Shown here in pieces: positions 1 to 8,868 of a DNA stretch of 29,784 nucleotides. This DNA comes from a bacterium. Its GTDB lineage: Bacteria; Babelota; Babeliae; Babelales; JAUPTZ01. The stretch is taken from the NCBI GenBank assembly GCA_037139275.1, contig JBAXGS010000001.1:1-29784 (forward strand). The letters are read 5' to 3'. The notes under the pieces are model-generated. The model worked only from the letters and a program-made list of their open reading frames with translations, searched no databases and was not told where the DNA came from. The translations under genes were made by a program, and so were the position numbers. How positions within the stretch are numbered: position 1 is the stretch's first letter; each line of letters starts with the position of its first letter.

Positions 1-1515
1 ATCATAATACGCAATGCCCGACTTAAACGTATATGGACTATACGCAGAATCGTTTCCAGGGACGGTGCCTGCATCGGTTGTCATTTTTTTTGATTGATGA
101 ACTGTTCCCGCAATATGCGTATCGGTACTACTGGTAGGAGCCCCACACCGTATCATGGCGCCTTGCTCCTCAGGAGAACGATGAGCATTTACATGACTCA
201 GTTCATCTGAAACATAATATGCTCGATAGGGCAAAAACTCTCCAGAATGAACATAGGCAGATGATTCTGGATCAGTCGTCGTAATACCAAGCATAACATG
301 ACTATGGTACACTGCTGGCGTTCCGCGTGTAACATCAAGACGCCCTGACGTTACTGATTGTTGCGCCACAGAACCATCATATTCTGTTGCTGTTTCTGTA
401 TAATACGCATCATCAAACACCAGATGGTTGCGGTCTATCGCATGCATCGTTTGATGACCAAACTGCAATCCTATTTCTGCATTCACTCTCCATCCATTGT
501 ATCGCCAATCAACCATGCATCCCACCGTTGCGAGTCGTGCACTTGCATCTACTTCAAATTCAACAGTCAATTCTGGTGCTTTTACATACACAAGATACGG
601 TTCGGCATACAAAGAAAATCCATCAAGGCCGGAGGCGTGTGATATCATTGCACGCAGCGCAAACAAATCACGATCAGCTGAGTAGCCTCGCTGAATTGTG
701 GCAGGATCATTTAAAAATTCATCACGATCAAGTCGCCGCGCGCGAAGTTCTTTGCGAGTATGATCTGGTCCCTGCGAATGACTCTTCCATTTTGAATAAT
801 ATGCTTGAATTGCGCACTGTGCAGGATCACCACAGGTGAGGGTCAAACCAGGAGACCGCTGTGTTGTATTTCCTACATCGCCCTCTTCCTTCCAGCCAAG
901 CATGTCAACAGCACCACCGTAGTAATCACCCAGAGCAAGTCCTCGGCCTATCAAAAAAGGAAAGTACCCTATACGAAACGCTGTTTTAACCGTAAGTGGT
1001 AAAAATTTGTCGAGCTTCACATCAACATACCCATCCTCAAGATACGCAAGCGTCACCGTACTATCATGCTGATGATCGCCAATCTCTGACTTGCGAATAT
1101 AATTTTTTGAATGGAATGCTATAGGCTCAAGAACAATCGGCGTATACACATCATAATTATCAGTGACGTTAAATGAAGTAATTCGGATCCGTGCATCAAT
1201 AACCGATTCTCCATGCGTACGACGACCAAAACTACTTTCAATATCAAGATTGAACTTTGCGCGCTGAAACGTATATTTATCAAAGTAATCAGAGCGGAAT
1301 ACCAGCGGAGAGGTAAAATTAAATGTTTCGTGCCGCACCCGACCACCCAGTGTCATATCAACATCATAACTGGATAAAAATAAAGAACTTTTTTTTACTT
1401 GCTCAAGCACACTTTTTTGCAGTAACAACGGTTCTTGATCAACTGCTGCCATAGCGGTAAGCCCCATACCCCAGGCCAGTATAGCTGCAAACATTATTAT
1501 TCTCTGATATGTCAT
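1..1515 (-). CDS. Exported protein, probable outer-membrane beta-barrel/porin-like; 3'-truncated by window edge (>=505 aa)
   Basis: Hand-translated and absent from the ORF track because no stop lies in the window. ATG at 1515 is preceded by GAAAGAGGGA, and the frame is open to position 1. It has an N-terminal signal peptide (MTYQRIMFAAILAWGMGLTAMA-AVD) and amphipathic strand-like segments (FRIGYFPFLIGRGLALGD, VGCMVDWRYNGWRVNAEIGLQFG). The barrel call is inference. Confidence 0.75.
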   Translation of the reverse strand, partial: MTYQRIIMFAAILAWGMGLTAMAAVDQEPLLLQKSVLEQVKKSSLFLSSYDVDMTLGGRVRHETFNFTSPLVFRSDYFDKYTFQRAKFNLDIESSFGRRTHGESVIDARIRITSFNVTDNYDVYTPIVLEPIAFHSKNYIRKSEIGDHQHDSTVTLAYLEDGYVDVKLDKFLPLTVKTAFRIGYFPFLIGRGLALGDYYGGAVDMLGWKEEGDVGNTTQRSPGLTLTCGDPAQCAIQAYYSKWKSHSQGPDHTRKELRARRLDRDEFLNDPATIQRGYSADRDLFALRAMISHASGLDGFSLYAEPYLVYVKAPELTVEFEVDASARLATVGCMVDWRYNGWRVNAEIGLQFGHQTMHAIDRNHLVFDDAYYTETATEYDGSVAQQSVTSGRLDVTRGTPAVYHSHVMLGITTTDPESSAYVHSGEFLPYRAYYVSDELSHVNAHRSPEEQGAMIRCGAPTSSTDTHIAGTVHQSKKMTTDAGTVPGNDSAYSPYTFKSGIAYYD

Positions 1516-1752
1516 ACCATTCCCTCTTTCAGCGCATTGTGACCGAATGAAAGAGGATGCTAATATAATAAAAATCAACGACTCAATGGTTTAATAAAGA
1601 ATTAACGATCACCAAAAAGCAGTCGTCAAAAGGGAGGAAAAACAAATTCAGTAAATGATCGACAAAAAGAGTCATGTAATGCCAATACTGCGCGTATGCA
1701 CTCCTCCCTTACACTGTAGAGTTAGACGACTACAACGGATACAAGGATCATT

Positions 1753-4700
1753 ATGAATCGTACATTACAAAACTGCCTGCTCTTCTTCTCTGCCACTTTC
1801 ATTTCAAGCGCTCTCTCTGCAACCATTTCTTGGGAACTCACCGATACAGGAGCACTCGGAACTGACTCCACAAAAACATATGCGTACACCCCAGCATCGC
1901 CAATAAATTATGAAGCATTTTCAGGACCACTAAAATGCGCTGATACAGAAACAAGCATTGAATGGATAGCAACTATTCACGCGACACCCTATCGCGACCT
2001 CGGAGAATTTTTCTGGAAAGCAGGAGATGTTGAATGGAGCTATAATCCACTGACCCGTGAATGGGGTGTTATTAATAATACACTCGTATGGTTTCATAGT
2101 GTTGACTTTGATGCAACCAATATTACCCACACCAAACATACATGGTCCCATAATGCAAAACACGATACCTGGATATTTAAACCATTAGACCCTCTGGGGG
2201 AATTTTCTCACTACTGGCAACACACTATAAATAGAAAATCTGTTGGCGACACCGATTATCCTTTTTTTTCAGAAAAGTGGGGCTATAATAAAAGTACTAA
2301 TGAATGGACCAATGTCACCCGTAATCAAGTAGTGCAAGATAACAACTGGCAATTCGATCAAGAAACCATGAGGTGGACGCGCGTTGGGACCAACGAAGTA
2401 TGGGAGTGTAATCCACTCCTCGAAACTTTTACCTTAATTGGAGACGGCGTTGCACGTAACAGATGGCGACATCTTGATAAAAATATATGGCTTGAAGAAG
2501 CAGAAGGTATTGAATGGGAATATCTGCAACCAGAAGGGGATGATCAGCTGAGCATGTGGCAAAGTAGAGTAGTAAAGCGCAACTGGATTTTTGATACAGA
2601 AACACAGCAATGGATAACCAATACCCCCGGCCAGCCCTCCAGATACTTTCCTCCGCTGGTTCCACCAGTCTTTGCCACCCAAGTGGAACATATCGTTGAT
2701 CTGTACAACGAGCTGAGCGCTCAAGTAATATCGCCGACAGTCAGCAGTGAATGCATACTTAATGATGGAATACACACCGCACGATTTTATAGCGATAACT
2801 CATTTGATCTTTCAATACCAGCACTCTCTGCAAGTATTGGCGGAGGGCCACACTATGGATACACCGAAAATTTTGAAACATCATTTGGTGAAAAATGGCA
2901 CAAAGAATCATCCCTCTCTCCTCTTGATGATACCTCGTATACTAACGTAAGCAACACAGTAACAGTTCGCTACAAAGTCGCGCATAATTCCTCAGTAGGC
3001 TACTGGTATATCACGGGAACATATTTTCGATGGCACTACAATCCAGATACTAATCTCTGGCTTGATACCATCCTTGGCATAGAATTTACATTCGATCTTG
3101 ATACGCTCACATGGACCAATACGGCAACCGGCACAGAATGGCAGTATCTCTTTAATCATGATCTCAATGCATGGGTCTGGAGAAATACTACCGCAGAAGA
3201 AGACTGGGTTCTTGAAGAACAAACTGCTGCAACAAAAGGCGGGGGCGGCACTCCTAAATTTCCTGTATGGAAGAATACTAGTAACAATCGTCGATGGTAT
3301 CCCTTTGGACGATACGACACAGAACTTCAAACCCCAATATTTCTGGAAACTACTGATGAGTTAGATTTTACAAATCAACATCCTTGGGAGTACAATCCGA
3401 CAGATCATCTGTGGTATGCAGCAGATAATCTGAGCGGTGAAGGCCTTGAGCTCTTCCCTTGCGTCCCCGGAAATCTTGCAGGGTGCATCGAAACTCTTAA
3501 AAAAATTGGCTTGGCAGATACCACTTCAACATCTCCGCTGAGTACCGCACTAGGAATCATCAATCGAAATACAGAAGCGCAATCAGAGTTGGCGGATCTT
3601 GCCACGTCACTCGACACGAGCATTGCAAATGCTACCAGCCCCATAGCACTCTACGATGCGCTACTTCCTCAATTACCGGCAACTAAACATTTTGCAGAAA
3701 AAAACTTATTACTCTGGAATGAATATACTCGCTTGACTAATCCATTAGGCGAAACAGGATCATATTTTGAACCTACTATCGATGTAGGATTTACCTCTTG
3801 GAATCCCACAACATGGAAATTTGACACCGCAGGAAAGGGAGCAATTACATTTGAACTTGCCCGTCCAATTGGCTGTAAAATTGGATTTGCTCCTGAACCA
3901 ACAAATGATAATAGCGCAACGTATACACTCAAGATTTACTTAGAACAATCAAGCTACGCTAGCCAAGAATTTCCTGATGACTCTGATTTTACCGCCTACT
4001 ACACGGTGTATATTGTGACACTTTTCAAGGGAGAAACTCAACTCTCAGAGCAAGGCCGTCCTTTTATCATCATCGGAAAGCATTACCCCGATGCGCAAAA
4101 AATATGGTGCACCTACGATAATGGTCATATTAAAGTGGGTGTTGGCGATCCATTAACCGCTGTATTAAAAGAAAATGGAATCGCTCTTCTTTTTGATTAC
4201 CAGCTCGACGATGGCGACACTCCGAGTAGTATCAATTATTTTTCATTCGCCGATTCATATTCATGGGTTGGTAGTGTAGATATTAATACATTCATGACCT
4301 ATCACAACACAGGGCCGATTCACTCAATACAAGTACATAACTACGATCTTTTCTCAACGCAAGTAGACGCAGTAGATATTGCAAACAACTGCCAAGATTA
4401 TGTCAATCTTGCTCCATTGGAATTACAATGGTTGCACCTCAAAACGGAACTCAATGCTCTGACAACATATGGACTAACCTATCGAGACAAAAGTGAGTTG
4501 TCAGAAAAACTCTTTGGCGATCTTTTGGCCAGAAGAACAATTGCGCCTCCCAGTGGGCTGAGTACACGTTCGCAAACATATACTGATTATGTTTTTTCTG
4601 GACTCTTATTTGGCACTGAAACGCTTAAAGTTTTTACGGATTATGCGACACAAAAATTATATAGGTATGATGATAGTATTACCGCACTTCTCACCGCAAG

Positions 4701-7212
4701 CACACGACCACTCAGTAGTGACGATAAACAAGAGCTCTTTGATGTTGCAAGTGCAGCTATTTTAGAATTTATTCTTTTTGCTCAAAATGATGCGTTTACT
4801 GCATTAAATAATGATATGGATGAGCTCAGCAATACGAATAAAAATGATGACTTCCTGCCCTATAAAGCATTTATAAAAGAAGAAAATGATATTCTGCAAA
4901 ATATGAGCGCAGGGCTTGAAATACTTGGTCCGCCAATGCTTCAACGTTTTTTTGCTGAAATTCCGGTTACCGTTGGAGAACCAGACCTTGACCCAGGACT
5001 TGCCACACTTGAAGAACTGATTGCTGCAGAAGCACAAGCAAAGCTTGATACGATGCATGCACTCATACAAAGAATTGTTGATGGCATCTCAACACCATTT
5101 TCTGCACTCACTGGAATGGCAATGCTCTTTTTAATAGATAGCAACTTTGATAACATTCGTCTGACTATAAATGACTATCTTACTGCAAAAGGATACACTA
5201 CCTTTCACCTCGTGTCAGAACCAGGCTCCACACTCAGAAATCATACCTATCTGTACACATTATTTACCCAGATACTCAAAGACCTTGAGCCTCTTCTTAA
5301 AACAACCGGTAATACATTTGCTCCCCCGTTTCAAGGAGATCCAAACGCACCGCAACTCAGCAGTGAGACGATCTATGTAGCTCAAACTGTTACTCCCACA
5401 AATACCACAACAGTCAGTGATCAACAAAAAAATCTAGATAATGGATCTTCTGATTATCCCAAAAATACCTCCGTACTCACGCCGACCAATGCAGCAACAA
5501 GAGCTACCATCAGAGAAATTCTTGCTTCAGATGTGCCCAAAACAGAAGTCTACTCTCGCATCTACATTAAAGATGCACTCATTGCGCTCGGAAATGGTAA
5601 CTTCACGAAAGAATCCCGTCGCGCACTCTCGCTCTTTGGTTCAGCAGATATAACACCTGAAGGGAACTGTATGATAACTCTCAATAGCGACATTCTTATT
5701 TCTGGACCAAACTTCCTTCATCCCTCAAATAGCTTTGGGTATGATAAAAATAATGCCACACGTTGTATTCCTGCAATTCCTGCATCACGTCGCGGTCACC
5801 ATGAAATTATTTTTTATTCACCAGTCGAACGCACCATTACTATTGCAAGCGAAACTGAATTAGATCTTACTGCGTTTGCGCAGGGGCTGGTTCTCAATGG
5901 TCAACGTATTACTTTTGCGGGCAAAGTCAAACTTGTATTTGAGCCAAATACGCGCTTGCGGCTTCCGTATACCCCGCAAAATAAGCGTGATTATTGTTTA
6001 ACGGTAGCATTTAAAGATGAGGCAGAACTTATCTTTGAAGGTATTGAAAATTATGATATCAGTTCGTGGACTGATGCATTAAATGGACCTGATTTAGTTC
6101 GATCAAAAATACTAGGCTGCGGCGTTTTAGAATTTTCAGGACATGCACAAGCAAAAATTTTAAAATCTGCACTGGTAGGCATTGAAGCTGACTATACCTC
6201 AAATATCACAAACATTGAGATAAAACTTGCTGACAGCAGTAAGTGGCTTATGGGCACCAGTACCATTTCTGGTGGTGGTCTTCAAGTGGGTAATATTCAA
6301 GATGGTGGGAGTAATAACCTCGATGAAGATATGTATCCCAATAATACTACGCACCCTCGGTATGGCTCCCTCGATGATCCATTTATACCTCGCACAACAC
6401 AGATCGACTTCTCGCTTACCCTTGCAGGAACCAATGCACAATTTTATATAGGACGAGGAGCCTTTGTTGGATTTGGCGCAGGAACTATTAATAAAGAAGG
6501 AATAATAAATGGCACAGAAACAACCACTCCATGGTCACTCCAGTCGCTGTACAACATGGGCGGCATTTCGTTCAACTTTTTAAACGGTACCTTCTGGCAT
6601 CAAAATATTGCAGAAGGATCAAGCAGTGATGCCTCACTGCTTGCAATTGGACCACAAAAAGGAAGATCGCTGTATAAACTTATTATGAACAAAAAGAAGA
6701 ACACTCTTATTCGAGGAGGTGGAAACGTTATGTTTATTCGCACCAATTATACACTCCCTCAAGAGATCTCCGTATTACATACTATCCAGCCCTTGATCGG
6801 AGATATGACCGATAGCGGCAAATATTCACTGCTTGCGCCGCCACCAGTTATTATGCTGAGACAAGAAATAGATGCTGATCACCCTGGTTACAAAAAATAT
6901 GGTAATGCTTTTATTCTTGAAACACCGACCACCTATCTTCTGAGTGGTCCGTCTGATGATTTTTTCCGTGCAATCACCCTTCAAAACCTATCAAATAATG
7001 GAAAATATGCGCTTGCATACAACCAAGAAAGCCAAAATAAGTTTACGTTGATTGATAGCGCAGGAATAGTTCTCACAAGCCCAATAAAACTGCGACAAGT
7101 TAAAGACCAAAGTAATAAGCGCATAACACCTAAAAACGTTACCTCAGAAGGCATTGTACGCTCCAATACAACCACTGCGCGCCCGCTGCGGCTGATTAAA
7201 CCAAAAGCGTAG
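1753..7212 (+). CDS. 1819-aa exported multidomain protein: Trp-rich repeats, putative Methyltransf_FA-like beta domain, helical region, C-terminal beta-rich region
   Basis: Long ORF with AAGGA RBS and signal peptide MNRTLQNCLLFFSATFISSALS-A. Recurrent W-x-[YF]-[ND]-x-x-T-x-x-W motifs. Function unknown. Confidence 0.9.
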   Translation: MNRTLQNCLLFFSATFISSALSATISWELTDTGALGTDSTKTYAYTPASPINYEAFSGPLKCADTETSIEWIATIHATPYRDLGEFFWKAGDVEWSYNPLTREWGVINNTLVWFHSVDFDATNITHTKHTWSHNAKHDTWIFKPLDPLGEFSHYWQHTINRKSVGDTDYPFFSEKWGYNKSTNEWTNVTRNQVVQDNNWQFDQETMRWTRVGTNEVWECNPLLETFTLIGDGVARNRWRHLDKNIWLEEAEGIEWEYLQPEGDDQLSMWQSRVVKRNWIFDTETQQWITNTPGQPSRYFPPLVPPVFATQVEHIVDLYNELSAQVISPTVSSECILNDGIHTARFYSDNSFDLSIPALSASIGGGPHYGYTENFETSFGEKWHKESSLSPLDDTSYTNVSNTVTVRYKVAHNSSVGYWYITGTYFRWHYNPDTNLWLDTILGIEFTFDLDTLTWTNTATGTEWQYLFNHDLNAWVWRNTTAEEDWVLEEQTAATKGGGGTPKFPVWKNTSNNRRWYPFGRYDTELQTPIFLETTDELDFTNQHPWEYNPTDHLWYAADNLSGEGLELFPCVPGNLAGCIETLKKIGLADTTSTSPLSTALGIINRNTEAQSELADLATSLDTSIANATSPIALYDALLPQLPATKHFAEKNLLLWNEYTRLTNPLGETGSYFEPTIDVGFTSWNPTTWKFDTAGKGAITFELARPIGCKIGFAPEPTNDNSATYTLKIYLEQSSYASQEFPDDSDFTAYYTVYIVTLFKGETQLSEQGRPFIIIGKHYPDAQKIWCTYDNGHIKVGVGDPLTAVLKENGIALLFDYQLDDGDTPSSINYFSFADSYSWVGSVDINTFMTYHNTGPIHSIQVHNYDLFSTQVDAVDIANNCQDYVNLAPLELQWLHLKTELNALTTYGLTYRDKSELSEKLFGDLLARRTIAPPSGLSTRSQTYTDYVFSGLLFGTETLKVFTDYATQKLYRYDDSITALLTASTRPLSSDDKQELFDVASAAILEFILFAQNDAFTALNNDMDELSNTNKNDDFLPYKAFIKEENDILQNMSAGLEILGPPMLQRFFAEIPVTVGEPDLDPGLATLEELIAAEAQAKLDTMHALIQRIVDGISTPFSALTGMAMLFLIDSNFDNIRLTINDYLTAKGYTTFHLVSEPGSTLRNHTYLYTLFTQILKDLEPLLKTTGNTFAPPFQGDPNAPQLSSETIYVAQTVTPTNTTTVSDQQKNLDNGSSDYPKNTSVLTPTNAATRATIREILASDVPKTEVYSRIYIKDALIALGNGNFTKESRRALSLFGSADITPEGNCMITLNSDILISGPNFLHPSNSFGYDKNNATRCIPAIPASRRGHHEIIFYSPVERTITIASETELDLTAFAQGLVLNGQRITFAGKVKLVFEPNTRLRLPYTPQNKRDYCLTVAFKDEAELIFEGIENYDISSWTDALNGPDLVRSKILGCGVLEFSGHAQAKILKSALVGIEADYTSNITNIEIKLADSSKWLMGTSTISGGGLQVGNIQDGGSNNLDEDMYPNNTTHPRYGSLDDPFIPRTTQIDFSLTLAGTNAQFYIGRGAFVGFGAGTINKEGIINGTETTTPWSLQSLYNMGGISFNFLNGTFWHQNIAEGSSSDASLLAIGPQKGRSLYKLIMNKKKNTLIRGGGNVMFIRTNYTLPQEISVLHTIQPLIGDMTDSGKYSLLAPPPVIMLRQEIDADHPGYKKYGNAFILETPTTYLLSGPSDDFFRAITLQNLSNNGKYALAYNQESQNKFTLIDSAGIVLTSPIKLRQVKDQSNKRITPKNVTSEGIVRSNTTTARPLRLIKPKA

Positions 7213-7408
7213 GCCGTGTCCGAGAATTATATACAAAGCTGAACTTCTCTGGACCTCACCGTCTTTACTGACTGCCCGCCAAAGCTATTACGCGAAGGCC
7301 GGGAGGCCGCGATGACGCATGGTGCACGTTCGTATCTTTTGACAGTTAAAGGCTTAGATTCGCGTAATTTCGGACTATTATTTGATATTGATTTCTCAGA
7401 CACGGCCT
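7212..7408. mobile_element. MITE-like element (~197 bp) with terminal inverted repeats and a probable TA target duplication
   Basis: AGGCCGTGTCCGAGAA (7211-7226) versus the reverse complement of 7393-7408, AGGCCGTGTCTGAGAA, gives 15/16 identity. TA lies at 7210-7211 and 7409-7410. No transposase ORF inside. Confidence 0.55.
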
Positions 7409-7470
7409 TAATCGAAATCAAGATTTTAAACTCATTCAAGACTCTATTTCATGCACATGCTGCAGATATC

Positions 7471-7513
7471 AAAAAGAATATGGTGCATATGCTAAAAAAC
7501 ATATACACCATAT
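7471..7513 (-). terminator. Intrinsic terminator of the 8775->7540 bicistron
   Basis: Minus-strand hairpin ATATGGTGTATATG / CATATGCACCATAT (14 bp including one G.U that forms only on the minus strand), 8-nt loop, followed by TCTTTTT. It lies 26 nt after the stop of 7540..7716. Confidence 0.7.
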
Positions 7514-7539
7514 AAACACCAAAGGGAAATCAATAAAGA

Positions 7540-7716
7540 TTACGCGGCATTATTTATTTCGTCGGAAACTTCAGGTTCTGCTTGGATGGCAGAAATATTA
7601 AGATTACTTGTATTCACAACCTTACCTGAAATATCCCCACCAAAACTAACTACGGGCGTAAAAACACTAATCAACAAGGCTTGTAATAGAAAATTGCTGT
7701 ATTTCTTGATAGTCAT
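7540..7716 (-). CDS. 58-aa secreted microprotein (paralogue of 22495..22677); not in the ORF track
   Basis: Hand translation: MTIKKYSNFLLQALLISVFTPVVSFG-GDISGKVVNTSNLNISAIQAEPEVSDEINNAA*. ATG is 3 nt after the upstream TAG, and an AAGGA SD lies in the last codons of the upstream gene. Signal-peptide-like N-terminus; mature part resembles 22495..22677. Confidence 0.75.
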   Translation of the reverse strand: MTIKKYSNFLLQALLISVFTPVVSFGGDISGKVVNTSNLNISAIQAEPEVSDEINNAA

Positions 7717-7719
7717 ATA

Positions 7720-8775
7720 CTATTCCTTTCTCTCTGGTACCTTAAATTTTCTGCTAATCGGATCACGTTCAGCTTCAGGCAGCGGCCATTTAAATTCCAA
7801 AACAATATCAGGATTATTCTTCATCTCCTCAAGAACAGTAGCAGAAAGTGTAGGGAGCATAAAATAATTTACTATAACCTCCCGCGGGTCAGTTGAAGAA
7901 TGACTAAGTGTTTTTACTGGTTGCCGCCCCGGCCATATATGCTCATACCACCCTTGTCGCACCATCTGAATAACATCTGGAACCACTCGTAGTTGATTTT
8001 TGCGCCGTATTAGAAAAGCTGCCCCATTACTAAGGCCATCATCTTCGTTACTACTAAGTACCATGCGTTTAGGGTATGCCTGGCTGCAGCGATACACCAA
8101 ATGAGGTTCCCATTCAGTCGGAATCCAAGCACTTGAAACTATATAGCACTGTGCAATATTTTGACTCACACAGGTAAGCAGCTCTTCTTTGCTTGATACT
8201 TGCTGCACAACAGGAACAAAGCCTATGCGAATCAAATCAGCCACCGCTCCCTCAACATCTAATTTAAGTAATGCTGCTGCTTCGTTCCCCCACGCCGCAA
8301 GATCATATGGAATCAATATCTTAGAAGACACCGGCAACAAAAACCTCAGCGGCTCCTGAAGCCCTTCATGCAAAAAAGGCTGTGGTGTTATATCAAGACC
8401 TCGAACCCCAGACATCCAGCCTCCGGGCCGCTCAAATGAATCAATAATTCCAAGGTCAAGTGCCTCATTATTCGGCATACCAAAAAATGTAGTAGGAAAT
8501 GGACTAATCTCTTTATACACATCACGGAGTGCCAGTGTTATATCGCGGCCAATAGCCACTACCCAATTACACTGCGCCTTACTAAGCGCCTCTTTTACTG
8601 TTTCTCGTTTTTCATCATGAAGCAACATCCATTGCGGTTGATATGCTTCTCCCCCACGCAAATCATTAATGCTTTGAAACGCTTTCACAAGCTCCATTGC
8701 ATATTTTTTATGACTCACACGTGTTTCATAGCCCATGATATACACGTGACATATAGGCGGTTTAGATACAGACAT
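7720..8775 (-). CDS. ABC transporter substrate-binding-like protein (ABC_sub_bind/PF04392-like, type I periplasmic-binding fold) lacking a signal peptide
   Basis: Motifs VVAIGRD...PTTFFGMPN...LGIIDSFERPGGWMSGV resemble the family signature GLV.s..rPGgNiTGv. No hydrophobic N-terminus and no adjacent permease or ATPase. AAAGGA RBS present. Confidence 0.7.
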   Translation of the reverse strand: MSVSKPPICHVYIMGYETRVSHKKYAMELVKAFQSINDLRGGEAYQPQWMLLHDEKRETVKEALSKAQCNWVVAIGRDITLALRDVYKEISPFPTTFFGMPNNEALDLGIIDSFERPGGWMSGVRGLDITPQPFLHEGLQEPLRFLLPVSSKILIPYDLAAWGNEAAALLKLDVEGAVADLIRIGFVPVVQQVSSKEELLTCVSQNIAQCYIVSSAWIPTEWEPHLVYRCSQAYPKRMVLSSNEDDGLSNGAAFLIRRKNQLRVVPDVIQMVRQGWYEHIWPGRQPVKTLSHSSTDPREVIVNYFMLPTLSATVLEEMKNNPDIVLEFKWPLPEAERDPISRKFKVPERKE

Positions 8776-8868
8776 TTGGTATCCTTTTTTAATAATGAAA
8801 CTCTGGCTTCCCCCAAACCTTTATTACTTTCAACAACGCATACGAATAACATCGCGCACGCAGTTGAA

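Noticed and set aside
358-1346. Short ORFs 358..642, 387..839, 497..685, 805..1002 (+) and 1119..1346 (-)
   Set aside because: They are shadow frames of the long minus-strand gene at 1..1515.
7216-7375. 6S RNA or SRP RNA call for the rod-like sequence
   Set aside because: Only short word matches to 6S, in the wrong order, and no SRP GGAA-loop motif. The terminal inverted repeats with TA flanks fit a MITE better. It needs an Rfam scan to exclude formally.
7227-7515. ORFs 7227..7439 (-) and 7312..7515 (+) as transposase remnants or genes
   Set aside because: No DDE motif and no RBS; they cross the TIR and terminator. KRYER only faintly recalls IS5 C-termini.
7586-7867. 93-aa plus-strand ORF
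   Set aside because: It is antisense to the SBP-like gene and the 58-aa microprotein, which have RBS, coupling and paralogue support.
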